From the IMG/VR virus record IMGVR_UViG_3300042975_000012: a DNA stretch of 59,252 nucleotides, one strand, 5' to 3'. Below are positions 38,780-48,788 of the stretch, piece by piece. This stretch comes from a virus. The position numbers and the translations under genes were made by a program. The notes under the pieces were generated by a model. It was not told the DNA's origin. It ran no database searches and saw only the letters and a list, made by a program, of their open reading frames with translations. Within the stretch, counting starts at the first letter, position 1; every line of letters begins with the position of its first letter.

Positions 38780-39235
38780 TTACTTCCACCTACCTATTAC
38801 ATAGCATCCGACCCAAGGATTCATATCGTGATTGTCCCAATCAACAATGAATATTCGAGCTGGTATAGATGTTGAAGCCGTCGTAACTGTTGAAATATAA
38901 GAGCCACGATATGCCATTTGGTTATCACCATTAAAGGTGAATGACTCAAACGGATGCTGAACAAAGTTAAACGGGAATGCCGGAAGCTGAATGTCAGGGC
39001 TTCGATATGATCCATCCGGAAGTTTCCAATTCATCTTCAAAAGACCACAGTTATGGTCAGCGATAGTGCATTCTGCCCTACCGGACTTCCACTTTGTATA
39101 ATACCATTCTCCAGCTGTACCTTGTGCAACTACATAATCAACACCAAGGGTATCAAGCTTTGCAAAGTTGTCATTAATTATCTTCGGAGATACATAATCA
39201 CTCTCGTTGATAATATCCAATCCAAGATTTCCCAT
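38780..39235 (-). CDS. Baseplate-associated hypothetical protein (151 aa)
   Basis: ORF between Dit and Tal. N-terminal IINDNFAKLD motif is common in fibre-associated proteins. Confidence 0.45.
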   Translation of the reverse strand: MGNLGLDIINESDYVSPKIINDNFAKLDTLGVDYVVAQGTAGEWYYTKWKSGRAECTIADHNCGLLKMNWKLPDGSYRSPDIQLPAFPFNFVQHPFESFTFNGDNQMAYRGSYISTVTTASTSIPARIFIVDWDNHDMNPWVGCYVIGRWK

Positions 39236-40150
39236 TTATAGATCCTTCCAATCATACTGAAATATAACACTAGTCTCTGGGACAGTATTAACTCGAAAAT
39301 CAATTTCCGTCCATTTTGTTGTGGCCAAATCAGTCCAGCGTTTGGTTGTCATTAGTTCTTTCCATGATCTCGGAGCATTTGGTGTGTCATAGTTGAGTCG
39401 CTGAATATCATCCCAGCGTTTATTTTTGGCATCACCCCAAGTCATAGCCAAAGTCGTTCCTTCTGCAAGTTCGGACCATACAACACTATTCAGTTCATAA
39501 CTGTTTATATAAATATTGTTATAGCCTTCTTCGAACAGCACATCATTAAGCCTATAGGATCCACCACCAAAACGAGTTACCTTATTATTGAATTGAACAC
39601 TGCATGGACGTGTGCATTCGATAACGGGATGCACCTTCTTGCGACCGGAGGGAAGTCGGAACATCTTACCACCGGTAGCATTCAAACGGAAAGTCATTCT
39701 ACCCTTGGATTTATAAGGATCGGCATCCACTTTTATCTTGAAGGAGCCAAGGATCCCGGATGAATATGCCTCATGAGAGTTTTCCTCTATGGTAAACCGT
39801 CCATGATATATATATCCGGGATCCATGGTAAGTCTATAATCGAAGGCTCTGCCATGAATATAGTTACTTACCTCAGTCTTTCGCTCTTCGAATGTGCGCT
39901 CATCCTCCAAATCAGGAACCACCATAGTGAATTCCTGATTTCGATTCTTGTAGGCAGTATCACCCATAAGGGCTTCCGTCAGATCAATATTGCCATCACC
40001 ACCGGGGATATCAACCGAATAAGTCTTTGGCTCCGGTGGATCAAGCGTATACCCATCCAATAGAATAAGCTGGAAGCGGACAGTCAGATCCACTTCAGTT
40101 CCATCTTTTATCAGGATAATCCGATTATCCGGATAATTAGGATAACTCAT
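39236..40150 (-). CDS. Distal tail protein (Dit)
   Basis: About 300 aa, immediately after the tape measure with a 4-nt overlap. Confidence 0.55.
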   Translation of the reverse strand: MSYPNYPDNRIILIKDGTEVDLTVRFQLILLDGYTLDPPEPKTYSVDIPGGDGNIDLTEALMGDTAYKNRNQEFTMVVPDLEDERTFEERKTEVSNYIHGRAFDYRLTMDPGYIYHGRFTIEENSHEAYSSGILGSFKIKVDADPYKSKGRMTFRLNATGGKMFRLPSGRKKVHPVIECTRPCSVQFNNKVTRFGGGSYRLNDVLFEEGYNNIYINSYELNSVVWSELAEGTTLAMTWGDAKNKRWDDIQRLNYDTPNAPRSWKELMTTKRWTDLATTKWTEIDFRVNTVPETSVIFQYDWKDL

Positions 40151-43100
40151 CTGACTTCTCCCCTTCTGCTAAATGTTCCGAGTTTCTGATTCATGGGCTT
40201 TGCCAATTTACTAGCCACCTTGTCGCCATCCATATAGACACCAAGTTCCTGATTCTCGATGGCCTTTTGGTACTCAGCCATATTGTCATTAAGAGAATCC
40301 AATTTAGATATCATTCGAGAATTCGTATCAACCATTTGGTTCTGATAACTGGCTAGAGCTGTAACTCGAGGATCAACATACTTGACATCAGGAATAGAAA
40401 TATGGCCCTTCAACAAAGACACTCCACTATTTGCCATCATACTGCTAATAGAATTAGTATCCCTCTTGAATCCGGTCATATCATATATCGGAGAAACAGT
40501 AGGACTCATAGAAGTTCCGCTGTTCTTCATAGCGTCTTTCAATGAACCCAGAGCTTGTTCACCCATGGTAGTTGCGGCATCTGTCACCAAACCGATTGAT
40601 TCGGTTTCACCATTAGCCATGCCTTCGCCAACAAAGTGTCCGATTTTGAAGGCTTTCTTCGATGGCGAATGTTCGTCGGTTGCTGCCTTGGCAGCGGCTA
40701 TGGCTTGAGCACCCATACTAGCAGCAGCACTGATTGCAGCATTACTACCTGCTGAAATACCATTGGCGAAGCCTTCCGCAACATACTGTCCTGCATCAAA
40801 GAATCCTCCATAGTATCCTCGCAATTCCGAAACTGCCCCAGCAAGATGCTGAGTAGCAGCTCCAGCGAGATTGCCACCACCAGTACGCACACCATTAACA
40901 AGGTTATCCATAAGAGCCTTGCCATGTGCATAATACTGGCTATTGTAGGATGCAATAGTCTGCAATGCATTACCCAGAGCTGATTGTATTCCAGTATTCA
41001 TGGGAAGCAGAGCAAGCGGTATACTCAGAGCAAACTGAAGCACCACCATCTGTAGACCTTGGAATGCATTACGTATACCACTCGAACCAGATACTACAGC
41101 TGCCTGTGCAGAAAACATTTGACTAGTGATACCGAAACTCATCATAACCATTGCCAGGGGAATCATAGCAGAATAGACATTAACCATCGCGGCTGTCTGT
41201 CCAAGAGATGCAACTATAGCACTTCCGCCAGCCATAACGGCCGCTGCTGCTAGCGAGAACTCAACGAAGATATTGGCACCCATACCTGAGAAACCTACAG
41301 AAATAGAAGTCTTCAGGTTTTGCGCTGCAATACTCAATTGAACTGATACTGAATTAAGGATAGTGATAAGGCTGGTAAATACTGAAGACAGATTGACTGT
41401 AGCATTGCCAACAGCGATTGTCATCGCGTTTATTCCTAAATCTCCGGCAGAAGATATAGAGGCCTTAAAGGACCCCAATACCGAACCATCAATACTCGCT
41501 AGTGTAGAAACAAAGGTTTTGAGTTTCTCTACTCCTGCATTTGCAGTATCCAATGACCACCAAGCAATAGTACTAAGACCCGCCATAACAGTTCTTAGTG
41601 TCGTTGTAATCGTAGTAAGAGCTGGCATATTCTGTGTATTCAAACTACCAAGACTATTGTAGTCTGTGACAAAGGTTTTGAGCTTAGCCATAGGTCCTGC
41701 GGTATCAATACCAGACAATCCAGCCAGACTACTGGCAATTTTACGCAAACCTTCAGACAAAGTCGTAGCCGAAGCTCCAAAACTCTTTCCGACTTCGAAT
41801 CCACTAACAGCATTCTTAAGACTGGAAAGATCGTTCGATATCGTAGTGACTCCCTGAACATTAGCCCATTGTGCTACAGCAGTCGCCAAGCTTTTAAGCG
41901 GCGATACAATAGTCGATATAGCCGATCCAGCAGCACCAAGAGTTCCGAAACCTTCTACACCAGACTTTATTGCTGTAAGCCCGGAACGCAAAGAATCCGG
42001 AACAGTTATTGCCGACCATGCCGAGACAGAAGTTGCGAGACTAGCTAAGGGCTGTACAATGCTAGTCATTGCTCCACCAGAAGTTACACCAGCAAATTCC
42101 TTCACACCACCTGCAATATCTGTCAGACTAGACTTGAGACCATTCGGTACAGAAACACCATTCCACTTCTGAATAGCGCCAGCCAAAGAACCTAGTGGTC
42201 CAACGATCGAGTCAAGATTTCCACCAGTAAGGAACTGACCTTGGAATGCAGCGACACCGTTTTTAATGTCCCATAGACCTTGTTTGAAGTTAGCTGGTAC
42301 AGAAACACCATTCCACTTCTGAATAGCGCCAGCCAAAGAACCTAGTGGTCCAACGATCGAGTCAAGATTTCCACCAGTAAGGAACTGACCTTGGAATGCA
42401 GCGACTCCATTCTTAATGTCCCATAGACCTTGTTTGAAGTTAGCTGGTACAGAAACACCATTCCACTTCTGAATAGCGCCAGCCAAAGAACCTAGTGGTC
42501 CAACGATCGAGTCAATGTTTCCGCCAGTAAGGAACTGACCTTGGAATGCAGCGACTCCATTCTTAATGTCCCACAGACCTTGCTTGAAGTTAGCTGGTAC
42601 AGAAACACCATTCCACTTCTGAATAGCGCCAGCCAAAGAACCTAATGGTCCAACGATCGAGTCAATGTTTCCGCCAGTAAGGAACTGACCTTGGAATGCA
42701 GCAACACCATTCTTAATGTCCCACATACCTTGCTTGAAGTTAGCTGGTACAGAAACACCATTCCACTTCTTAATAGCGCCAGCCAAAGAACCTAGTGGTC
42801 CAACGATCGAGTCAATGTTTCCGCCAGTAAAGAACTGACCTTGGAATGCAGCAACACCGTTTTTAATGTCCCATAGACCTTGTTTAAGACCGGCAGGGAT
42901 AGTGACTGTAGACCATTTCTTCAGCGCATCTGCTAGTTCACCCAATGGCCCAACAATATTACCAAGGTTCCATCCAGATGTAAATTGTAAACTAAAAGCA
43001 CCAATACCATCTTTAACATCGTAAAGAGTCTGCTTAAAACCATCGGGAATGGAGATATTGGTCCACTTTTTCAGTGCTTCTGGGAGTTGAGTAAGAGGCC

Positions 43101-46100
43101 CAACGATATTACCTAGGTTAAAACCAGAAGTAAATTGAAGGTTAAAGGCTCCCATAGCATCACTGATACCCTTAAGCTTATCCTTAAGTCCATCAGGAAT
43201 CTTGACATTCTGCCATTTTGACAATGCATCAGGAAGTTTACTAATAGGATCAACAATGTTGTTGAGATTGAAGCCAGAAGTAAATTGCATACTGAATGCG
43301 CCAATGCCATCCTTCAGATCCCATAGTCCTTGCTTAAGACCAGCAGGGAATTTAACGCCATTCCACTTGGAAAGAGCGGAAGAAAGGTCGCCTATAGGTC
43401 CTACAATATTATTTAGGTTCATGCCCGAAGTGAATTGCAGAAGGAATGGTTGTATTCCTTCCGCAAGATCATTCAGACCCTTCTTAAGACCTGAAGGGAA
43501 TTTTACACCTTCCCATTTCTTCACAGAATCAGCAAGTTTTCCTACAGCAGGTGCTGCAACTGCAAGACTATCAGATCCCAAACCGGTGAAGAGGAAGTGA
43601 CGAAGACCACTAGCAAGATCTGAGAGCGACTTCTTAAGTTCACCCGGAACTTTAACTTTAGACCACTTCTGAATTGAATCAGCAAGTGTACCAAGAGGTT
43701 CTGCAACCTTAGCAATGGATAGGGAACCTATAATACTAAGAGTATTCAGGAATGTACCGCCTGCGATGACAGCAAGTGCCCCACCCATTGCAGTGAGACC
43801 TTTCTTAATATCATCCCAAGAATAGGAAGCGAAATCACCAAGTGCATCTGCAAGTTTGCTAAGAGACTGAACCGATAGCAAGATAGATGCTGCACCGACC
43901 AGCCCTAATACATTAGTAAGATAACCAAGAACACCAGATACAACACCAAGTTCCAAAAGTGCGGCACCAATACCAACAAGACCTTTTTCAATTTCATCCC
44001 AAGAAAGTTTACCTACAACTTTCAAAGCATCAGCTATTTGAGCAAGAGATTGAACAGCAATAAAAATCGAAGCTGCACCGAGAAGACCACTCATACCCGA
44101 GAGCTTTCCAAGCGCACCAGAGACAATTCCCATTTCAGCAAGTACGCCACCAAGACCGACAAGTCCCGACTTAATACTATCCCATGAAATCTTTCCTACA
44201 ATAGTAAGAGCACTTCCGATATCAGCAAGCGATTGCGATACTATAAATAAGTCAACAGAAGCTAATAATGACTTAAATCCAGAGACCTTACCAAGAAGTT
44301 TCATAACTAGGGTCATTTCGATCATAACACCACCGAAAGCAACAAGACCTTGTCCAATTTCATCCCAAGATAACTTAGCAACGGTTTGTAATGCGGCACC
44401 AATCTTTTCAAGAGTAGATGCAACAATAACCATACTTACTGCACCAGCTAATCCATTTAATCCATCAACTTTAGAAAGACTCTTCAGTACAGATTTCATA
44501 ATACCTAGAGTTGTTACAACTCCGGTTAATCCTTTACCAATTTCTTCCCAAGATAGTTTTGCTACTTCGAGTAGCGCATCACCAATCTTGCTAAGAGTTT
44601 GTGCCATTATGACCATACTTAAGGCACCGGCAAGATTAGAGAAACCATTATTCTTTGCTAGACTCTTCATGGCCAAAGTCATTGTAGTAAGAGCACCAAC
44701 AATTCCAGCCAAGCCTTTTTCTATACTATCCCATGACAACATAGACACCTGTGTAAGCGCTTTACCTATGCTAGTCAATGTTTGCGCAAGAATAAGCATG
44801 GAAATTGAACCTACTAGAGACTGTGTTCCGTTATTCTTCGCCAAACTTTTCATAACGAGTGCCATCGTACCCATGACGCCGATGATTCCAACCAGACCTT
44901 TTTCTATACCATCCCAAGAAAGAGCTGAAAGTTGAACCATAACATTGCCAAGTTTTACCAAGCTATAGGCCATGGCAAGCATAGCAAAACTAGTAGTTAA
45001 TCCAACCCGTGTACCACTCATAAGTTTCAGTACAGCACCAAGGGATATCATCATCCCGATTGCACCAGAAAGACCCTTGCCGATTCCTTCCCACGACAAA
45101 GAAGCAAGAGTAGAAAGAGCCGACGAGAGCATCTGAATAGCCTTTGCCAAGGCAATGAGCATGACGCCAGACTTAAGAGAAGAAACAACAAGATCGGTCC
45201 TGGTCAAGAACTTAGCAAGTGAACCAATGAGTACCTTGATAGCTATAAGACCTTTAGCTATACCTTGAATATCAAGTTCTGCTATCTTCTTCATGGCATC
45301 TGCAAGTTTATTGATAGCTGTTGCAAGCAATAATAGGGTAATACCTGCTTGAATAAGACCCTTACCACTAAATCCTGTGAGAATAGCGGTAATAGATTTC
45401 AGCCCTTTAGATAGCATTCCAAACATTGCAGCCATAGCGACAAGCGATGTCACTGTCTTTTGAATATCTATCTCAGATATAGTTTTTAATGAATAAGCAA
45501 GAATACCAATGGCACCGGCTATCATCAATAAAGTACCAGCTTTGATACCTTGTGTGAAAGCCTTCAATGAATCTGATACTTCATTGAGAATTGTCTTAAA
45601 TATAGAAGCAGATTTCTTAGCGTCTTCTAGAGTCTCTTTTCCACCAGTGAACAGGTCTTTGACTTTATCAACAATACCACCGACATTCTTAATGAGGTCA
45701 TATACTTTCTTAAGGATGGCAAGGACTCCACCTCCGGCTGCAACTTTAAACACATCACCCAAAGAGATAGATACATTAGACCCTATCCAACTGAAAGCCT
45801 TAGTGACTACATTCTTAATAGTTCCTAATGCGGCACCAATTTTCTCTCCAGCGGTAGAAATAGCATGTTCGAGTACGGTAAGAAAATCAAATGATCCAGC
45901 ACTCTTGGCCAATTGCGAAACAAAATCAGAAACGGCACTAGTAATATGTTTAATAATACCAATTATTGGTGAAAGGCTTCCAAAACCTTTAGTAATACCC
46001 GTTCCAAACGCACGAACAACCTCTGTTACAGTACGAATTACTTTACCAACAATTTGAAGAGCTGAGATAAAGAGGTCTATAGATTTTACCGAAGAGGGAA

Positions 46101-47529
46101 TGACATGCGGCATGAGTTTCGAGAATACATAAGAAATAGCATCTCTGACCAATCCCAATGGAGACAGAATATCAGCTACAGCAGTACGAAGACGATGCAT
46201 TTGGTCAGAACTTAGAGTAATAGCCTTGACAAAATCATGAAAACCTTTAGTAAGATTGAACAATTGCTGTGAGGTAATGGCTGGGAATATATCATGGAAG
46301 CCTTCTTTGAGTGGCGTCAAATATGACAACACCATTGAAATAGAGTCAGTAAGTGATCCGAAGAGCTCTTTACGGCCTCCTAAATCACCCCAACCCTTAA
46401 TGATATCATTACGAGCATTAGCTGAATCACTCACTAACTTACCAAGAATAAGGCTCAAAGAAGTCCAGGATTCACGAGCTTCTTCGAAATCGCCAAATAT
46501 ATTCTGGAAGGTATTGGTCCAACCCGAACCTACAGCTTCTTTCAACGTGTCCATTAACTGAGAGAACGTCTTGACTTTAGTTGCTGCGTCACCAGCAGTC
46601 TTTGCCATATCGGCAATAGCTTTAGCTTCTTGCTGGGTATAACCCTGACTTACCAAAGATTTAATGGTATTGTTGTAGTCCTGTGCAGAGTCAACAGAAA
46701 GCTGGAACTGATTCAACGTGTCCGTCAATACCTTAGTGGTAAGCCATCCTTCAGACAATGATTCACGGAACGAGCCTTTGGCTGCAATAGCAGCTTTTGC
46801 ACCGGTCTTAAGATGTTCAGAAGTTCGAATCAATGCATTCTGAAATACTTCGCCACCCATACCGGCATTGACAACAGAATTCCAATCCATCAACTTTACA
46901 GTGCCAGAAGCAATCGCCTGTGACAACTGATACATAGCTGTAGAAGCTTGTTGCGAATTTGAACCTGAAACAGCAGCAAGATTAGCAATACCTTTGATAG
47001 ACTCGCTAGAAGTTTTAAGATCGACACCAGCAGCTGTAAAAGTACCAATGTTTTGAGTCATTTCCGTAAAGTTGTAAATAGTTTTATCGGCATAGGTATT
47101 CAAATCGGCTAGAGATGCATTGACATCCTTTATTGTTGAGCCCTTACTTGCAGTATTTGCCAAGATCGTTTGAACAGCATTCATCTGAGTTTCATACTCA
47201 TGGAAGCCATCCATAATAGGTGCAATAGTCAGCGATTTTAGTACTGATGCTCCAGTACTTACAGCTTTACCGGCAATGTTTGAAAGGGCTCCGATAGCAA
47301 CCAATCGCAGAGTATTAAATTTCTCACTAACTTGATTCACTGAATTCTGGATCGATGCAAGATCTACATTTTTAGCTGATTTGCTAACATCATCAAGCCC
47401 AGATTTAGCGTCTTTCATTTGAAGAGTTGAAGATAGTTTTCTTAAAGTAGAAACTACACGATTCGCACCATTCTGAAGGTCGGAATCATTAAGTCCAAGA
47501 CTTATGATTCGGTCATCAAGATTGCTCAT
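40147..47529 (-). CDS. Tape measure protein (2460 aa)
   Basis: Very long Ala/Gly/Ser/Leu-rich ORF between the chaperone pair and Dit, with internal repeat arrays. Confidence 0.9.
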   Translation of the reverse strand: MSNLDDRIISLGLNDSDLQNGANRVVSTLRKLSSTLQMKDAKSGLDDVSKSAKNVDLASIQNSVNQVSEKFNTLRLVAIGALSNIAGKAVSTGASVLKSLTIAPIMDGFHEYETQMNAVQTILANTASKGSTIKDVNASLADLNTYADKTIYNFTEMTQNIGTFTAAGVDLKTSSESIKGIANLAAVSGSNSQQASTAMYQLSQAIASGTVKLMDWNSVVNAGMGGEVFQNALIRTSEHLKTGAKAAIAAKGSFRESLSEGWLTTKVLTDTLNQFQLSVDSAQDYNNTIKSLVSQGYTQQEAKAIADMAKTAGDAATKVKTFSQLMDTLKEAVGSGWTNTFQNIFGDFEEARESWTSLSLILGKLVSDSANARNDIIKGWGDLGGRKELFGSLTDSISMVLSYLTPLKEGFHDIFPAITSQQLFNLTKGFHDFVKAITLSSDQMHRLRTAVADILSPLGLVRDAISYVFSKLMPHVIPSSVKSIDLFISALQIVGKVIRTVTEVVRAFGTGITKGFGSLSPIIGIIKHITSAVSDFVSQLAKSAGSFDFLTVLEHAISTAGEKIGAALGTIKNVVTKAFSWIGSNVSISLGDVFKVAAGGGVLAILKKVYDLIKNVGGIVDKVKDLFTGGKETLEDAKKSASIFKTILNEVSDSLKAFTQGIKAGTLLMIAGAIGILAYSLKTISEIDIQKTVTSLVAMAAMFGMLSKGLKSITAILTGFSGKGLIQAGITLLLLATAINKLADAMKKIAELDIQGIAKGLIAIKVLIGSLAKFLTRTDLVVSSLKSGVMLIALAKAIQMLSSALSTLASLSWEGIGKGLSGAIGMMISLGAVLKLMSGTRVGLTTSFAMLAMAYSLVKLGNVMVQLSALSWDGIEKGLVGIIGVMGTMALVMKSLAKNNGTQSLVGSISMLILAQTLTSIGKALTQVSMLSWDSIEKGLAGIVGALTTMTLAMKSLAKNNGFSNLAGALSMVIMAQTLSKIGDALLEVAKLSWEEIGKGLTGVVTTLGIMKSVLKSLSKVDGLNGLAGAVSMVIVASTLEKIGAALQTVAKLSWDEIGQGLVAFGGVMIEMTLVMKLLGKVSGFKSLLASVDLFIVSQSLADIGSALTIVGKISWDSIKSGLVGLGGVLAEMGIVSGALGKLSGMSGLLGAASIFIAVQSLAQIADALKVVGKLSWDEIEKGLVGIGAALLELGVVSGVLGYLTNVLGLVGAASILLSVQSLSKLADALGDFASYSWDDIKKGLTAMGGALAVIAGGTFLNTLSIIGSLSIAKVAEPLGTLADSIQKWSKVKVPGELKKSLSDLASGLRHFLFTGLGSDSLAVAAPAVGKLADSVKKWEGVKFPSGLKKGLNDLAEGIQPFLLQFTSGMNLNNIVGPIGDLSSALSKWNGVKFPAGLKQGLWDLKDGIGAFSMQFTSGFNLNNIVDPISKLPDALSKWQNVKIPDGLKDKLKGISDAMGAFNLQFTSGFNLGNIVGPLTQLPEALKKWTNISIPDGFKQTLYDVKDGIGAFSLQFTSGWNLGNIVGPLGELADALKKWSTVTIPAGLKQGLWDIKNGVAAFQGQFFTGGNIDSIVGPLGSLAGAIKKWNGVSVPANFKQGMWDIKNGVAAFQGQFLTGGNIDSIVGPLGSLAGAIQKWNGVSVPANFKQGLWDIKNGVAAFQGQFLTGGNIDSIVGPLGSLAGAIQKWNGVSVPANFKQGLWDIKNGVAAFQGQFLTGGNLDSIVGPLGSLAGAIQKWNGVSVPANFKQGLWDIKNGVAAFQGQFLTGGNLDSIVGPLGSLAGAIQKWNGVSVPNGLKSSLTDIAGGVKEFAGVTSGGAMTSIVQPLASLATSVSAWSAITVPDSLRSGLTAIKSGVEGFGTLGAAGSAISTIVSPLKSLATAVAQWANVQGVTTISNDLSSLKNAVSGFEVGKSFGASATTLSEGLRKIASSLAGLSGIDTAGPMAKLKTFVTDYNSLGSLNTQNMPALTTITTTLRTVMAGLSTIAWWSLDTANAGVEKLKTFVSTLASIDGSVLGSFKASISSAGDLGINAMTIAVGNATVNLSSVFTSLITILNSVSVQLSIAAQNLKTSISVGFSGMGANIFVEFSLAAAAVMAGGSAIVASLGQTAAMVNVYSAMIPLAMVMMSFGITSQMFSAQAAVVSGSSGIRNAFQGLQMVVLQFALSIPLALLPMNTGIQSALGNALQTIASYNSQYYAHGKALMDNLVNGVRTGGGNLAGAATQHLAGAVSELRGYYGGFFDAGQYVAEGFANGISAGSNAAISAAASMGAQAIAAAKAATDEHSPSKKAFKIGHFVGEGMANGETESIGLVTDAATTMGEQALGSLKDAMKNSGTSMSPTVSPIYDMTGFKRDTNSISSMMANSGVSLLKGHISIPDVKYVDPRVTALASYQNQMVDTNSRMISKLDSLNDNMAEYQKAIENQELGVYMDGDKVASKLAKPMNQKLGTFSRRGEVR
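41840..43700 (-). repeat. Array of about 13 tandem 150-bp (50-aa) units inside the tape measure gene
   Basis: KW..V..P..LK..L.D...G...F..QF.(S/G)G.N...IVGPL..L..A motif. The KW codons recur every 150 bp from about 41861 to 43661. Confidence 0.75.
42146..42895 (-). repeat. Five near-identical 150-bp tandem copies (core of the 50-aa array)
   Basis: ggtacagaaacaccattccacttc recurs at 42146, 42296, 42446, 42596 and 42746. Adjacent copies differ by about 3 nt. Confidence 0.95.
43750..45130 (-). repeat. Array of about 8 tandem 180-bp (60-aa) hydrophobic units inside the tape measure gene
   Basis: LSW(D/E).I.KGL.G..G......... motif. The SW(D/E) codons recur every 180 bp from 43808 to 45073. Confidence 0.7.
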
Positions 47530-47906
47530 AATGCTCTCAATTCTTTCTCAAGGTCTGATGCTAAAGTATCAAAAAGTGGTTTAATTGAAGGATTAATGTA
47601 ATCATATCCCGGAACATAACCACCAGTTCCTGTGCCGTGGCCATATTGAATGAGAAGTGCTATATGACGACCTTCATTTACATTAGAATTAGTCCAATGA
47701 ATAATGCATGAGCCAATAGATTTTTTTACTTCATAGTTCCAAGAATTAGCGGTCCGACCAGTTCTGGTTGGTGTAGCAGCTTGAAGTAAAGATACCCCTT
47801 TGCTCCCATATTTATTAAGAATAGCGGTATACTTACGCTGTCGGATAGCCATGAGAAACTTTTCGGTCTTGTTAAAATTTCCAGAAACCCGTACTGTGAT
47901 TCCCAC
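47526..47906 (-). CDS. Tail assembly chaperone extension (gpT-like position, -1 frame relative to 47909..48463; may also initiate at GTG)
   Basis: ORF is in the -1 frame of the preceding gene and begins 2 nt after its TAG. ATGA overlap with the tape measure start. Confidence 0.45.
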   Translation of the reverse strand: MGITVRVSGNFNKTEKFLMAIRQRKYTAILNKYGSKGVSLLQAATPTRTGRTANSWNYEVKKSIGSCIIHWTNSNVNEGRHIALLIQYGHGTGTGGYVPGYDYINPSIKPLFDTLASDLEKELRAL

Positions 47907-47908
47907 GT

Positions 47909-48463
47909 CTACCCCTTAGAATTATATTTTGCCAATCGTCGTTCATTCTCTTCACGATAGAAGGTTGCTAGATCTTTCTTAGACATAGTTTGATTATTAT
48001 TACGATTGGCAAAAACTTGAATAAGAGCCAATAACCTAGGTAGTGGCCAAGTTTCACACTCTTTCCAAATATGGAAAGTAATCATATCATAGTACAAGTC
48101 TTCGGAAGTGGTAATAGAAGACTTCGATTTAATATTAGAATTCTTTTTACCAATAGCTGCTCGTAAATCATAGAACTTCTTGGCAGTCATCGGCCGTTCA
48201 ATATACTTAGAAAAATCTTCAAGATTCTTTTGAGACATATACTTAAGATTATCTGGGTCGTAGTCGTTAAGAATGCACTGCTCGATGTAAGATAGTGTCT
48301 GTTCAGAATTAAGATCTGTTGAAAAAAACGGAACTTCCCAAATAGACTCCCATTTTGACAAAGAAAGCAACGAGTGTTCAAGCTTCAAATCACAGATTGG
48401 GATATCGGTGAATCTACTCGTAGCATCATCATACCCTTCTCGATTAATGTGCATAATAAACAT
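47909..48463 (-). CDS. Tail assembly chaperone (gpG-like position)
   Basis: Position between the major tail and tape measure genes. Ends AAG GGG TAG. Confidence 0.45.
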   Translation of the reverse strand: MFIMHINREGYDDATSRFTDIPICDLKLEHSLLSLSKWESIWEVPFFSTDLNSEQTLSYIEQCILNDYDPDNLKYMSQKNLEDFSKYIERPMTAKKFYDLRAAIGKKNSNIKSKSSITTSEDLYYDMITFHIWKECETWPLPRLLALIQVFANRNNNQTMSKKDLATFYREENERRLAKYNSKG

Positions 48464-48538
48464 AATGATCCAATCTGTTTATATAAACGAGAAAGCCCCC
48501 AATCAAGTTGGAGGCTCCCTTGCTCATGTAAACTATTA

Positions 48539-48694
48539 CTACGGTTTTTCAGTAATAGTAAGAGTTAGTGCAGGAGAAGTAACACCATCAACCGTTGCGG
48601 TGATGTTAGTAGTTCCAGCTGCAACACCCGTTACAAGACCAGTACTACTAACTGTAGCCTTACTGGTATCGCTCGAATTCCATGTAGTAGCCAT
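48539..48694 (-). CDS. Stand-alone C-terminal half of a Big_2 Ig-like domain (51 aa)
   Basis: MATTWNSSDTSKATVSSTGLVTGVAAGTTNITATVDGVTSPALTLTITEKP, translated by hand. Matches the W.SS....A.V...G.V..V..G...ITA consensus. Confidence 0.45.
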   Translation of the reverse strand: MATTWNSSDTSKATVSSTGLVTGVAAGTTNITATVDGVTSPALTLTITEKP

Positions 48695-48788
48695 TAGTAA
48701 TTTACCCTACCTTCCAATTGAAGTGTTTTACCTACTGTGAGTTGTGTCGGAACAGTACCACCGTTAGAGGTGGTTATTGAAACCGACT

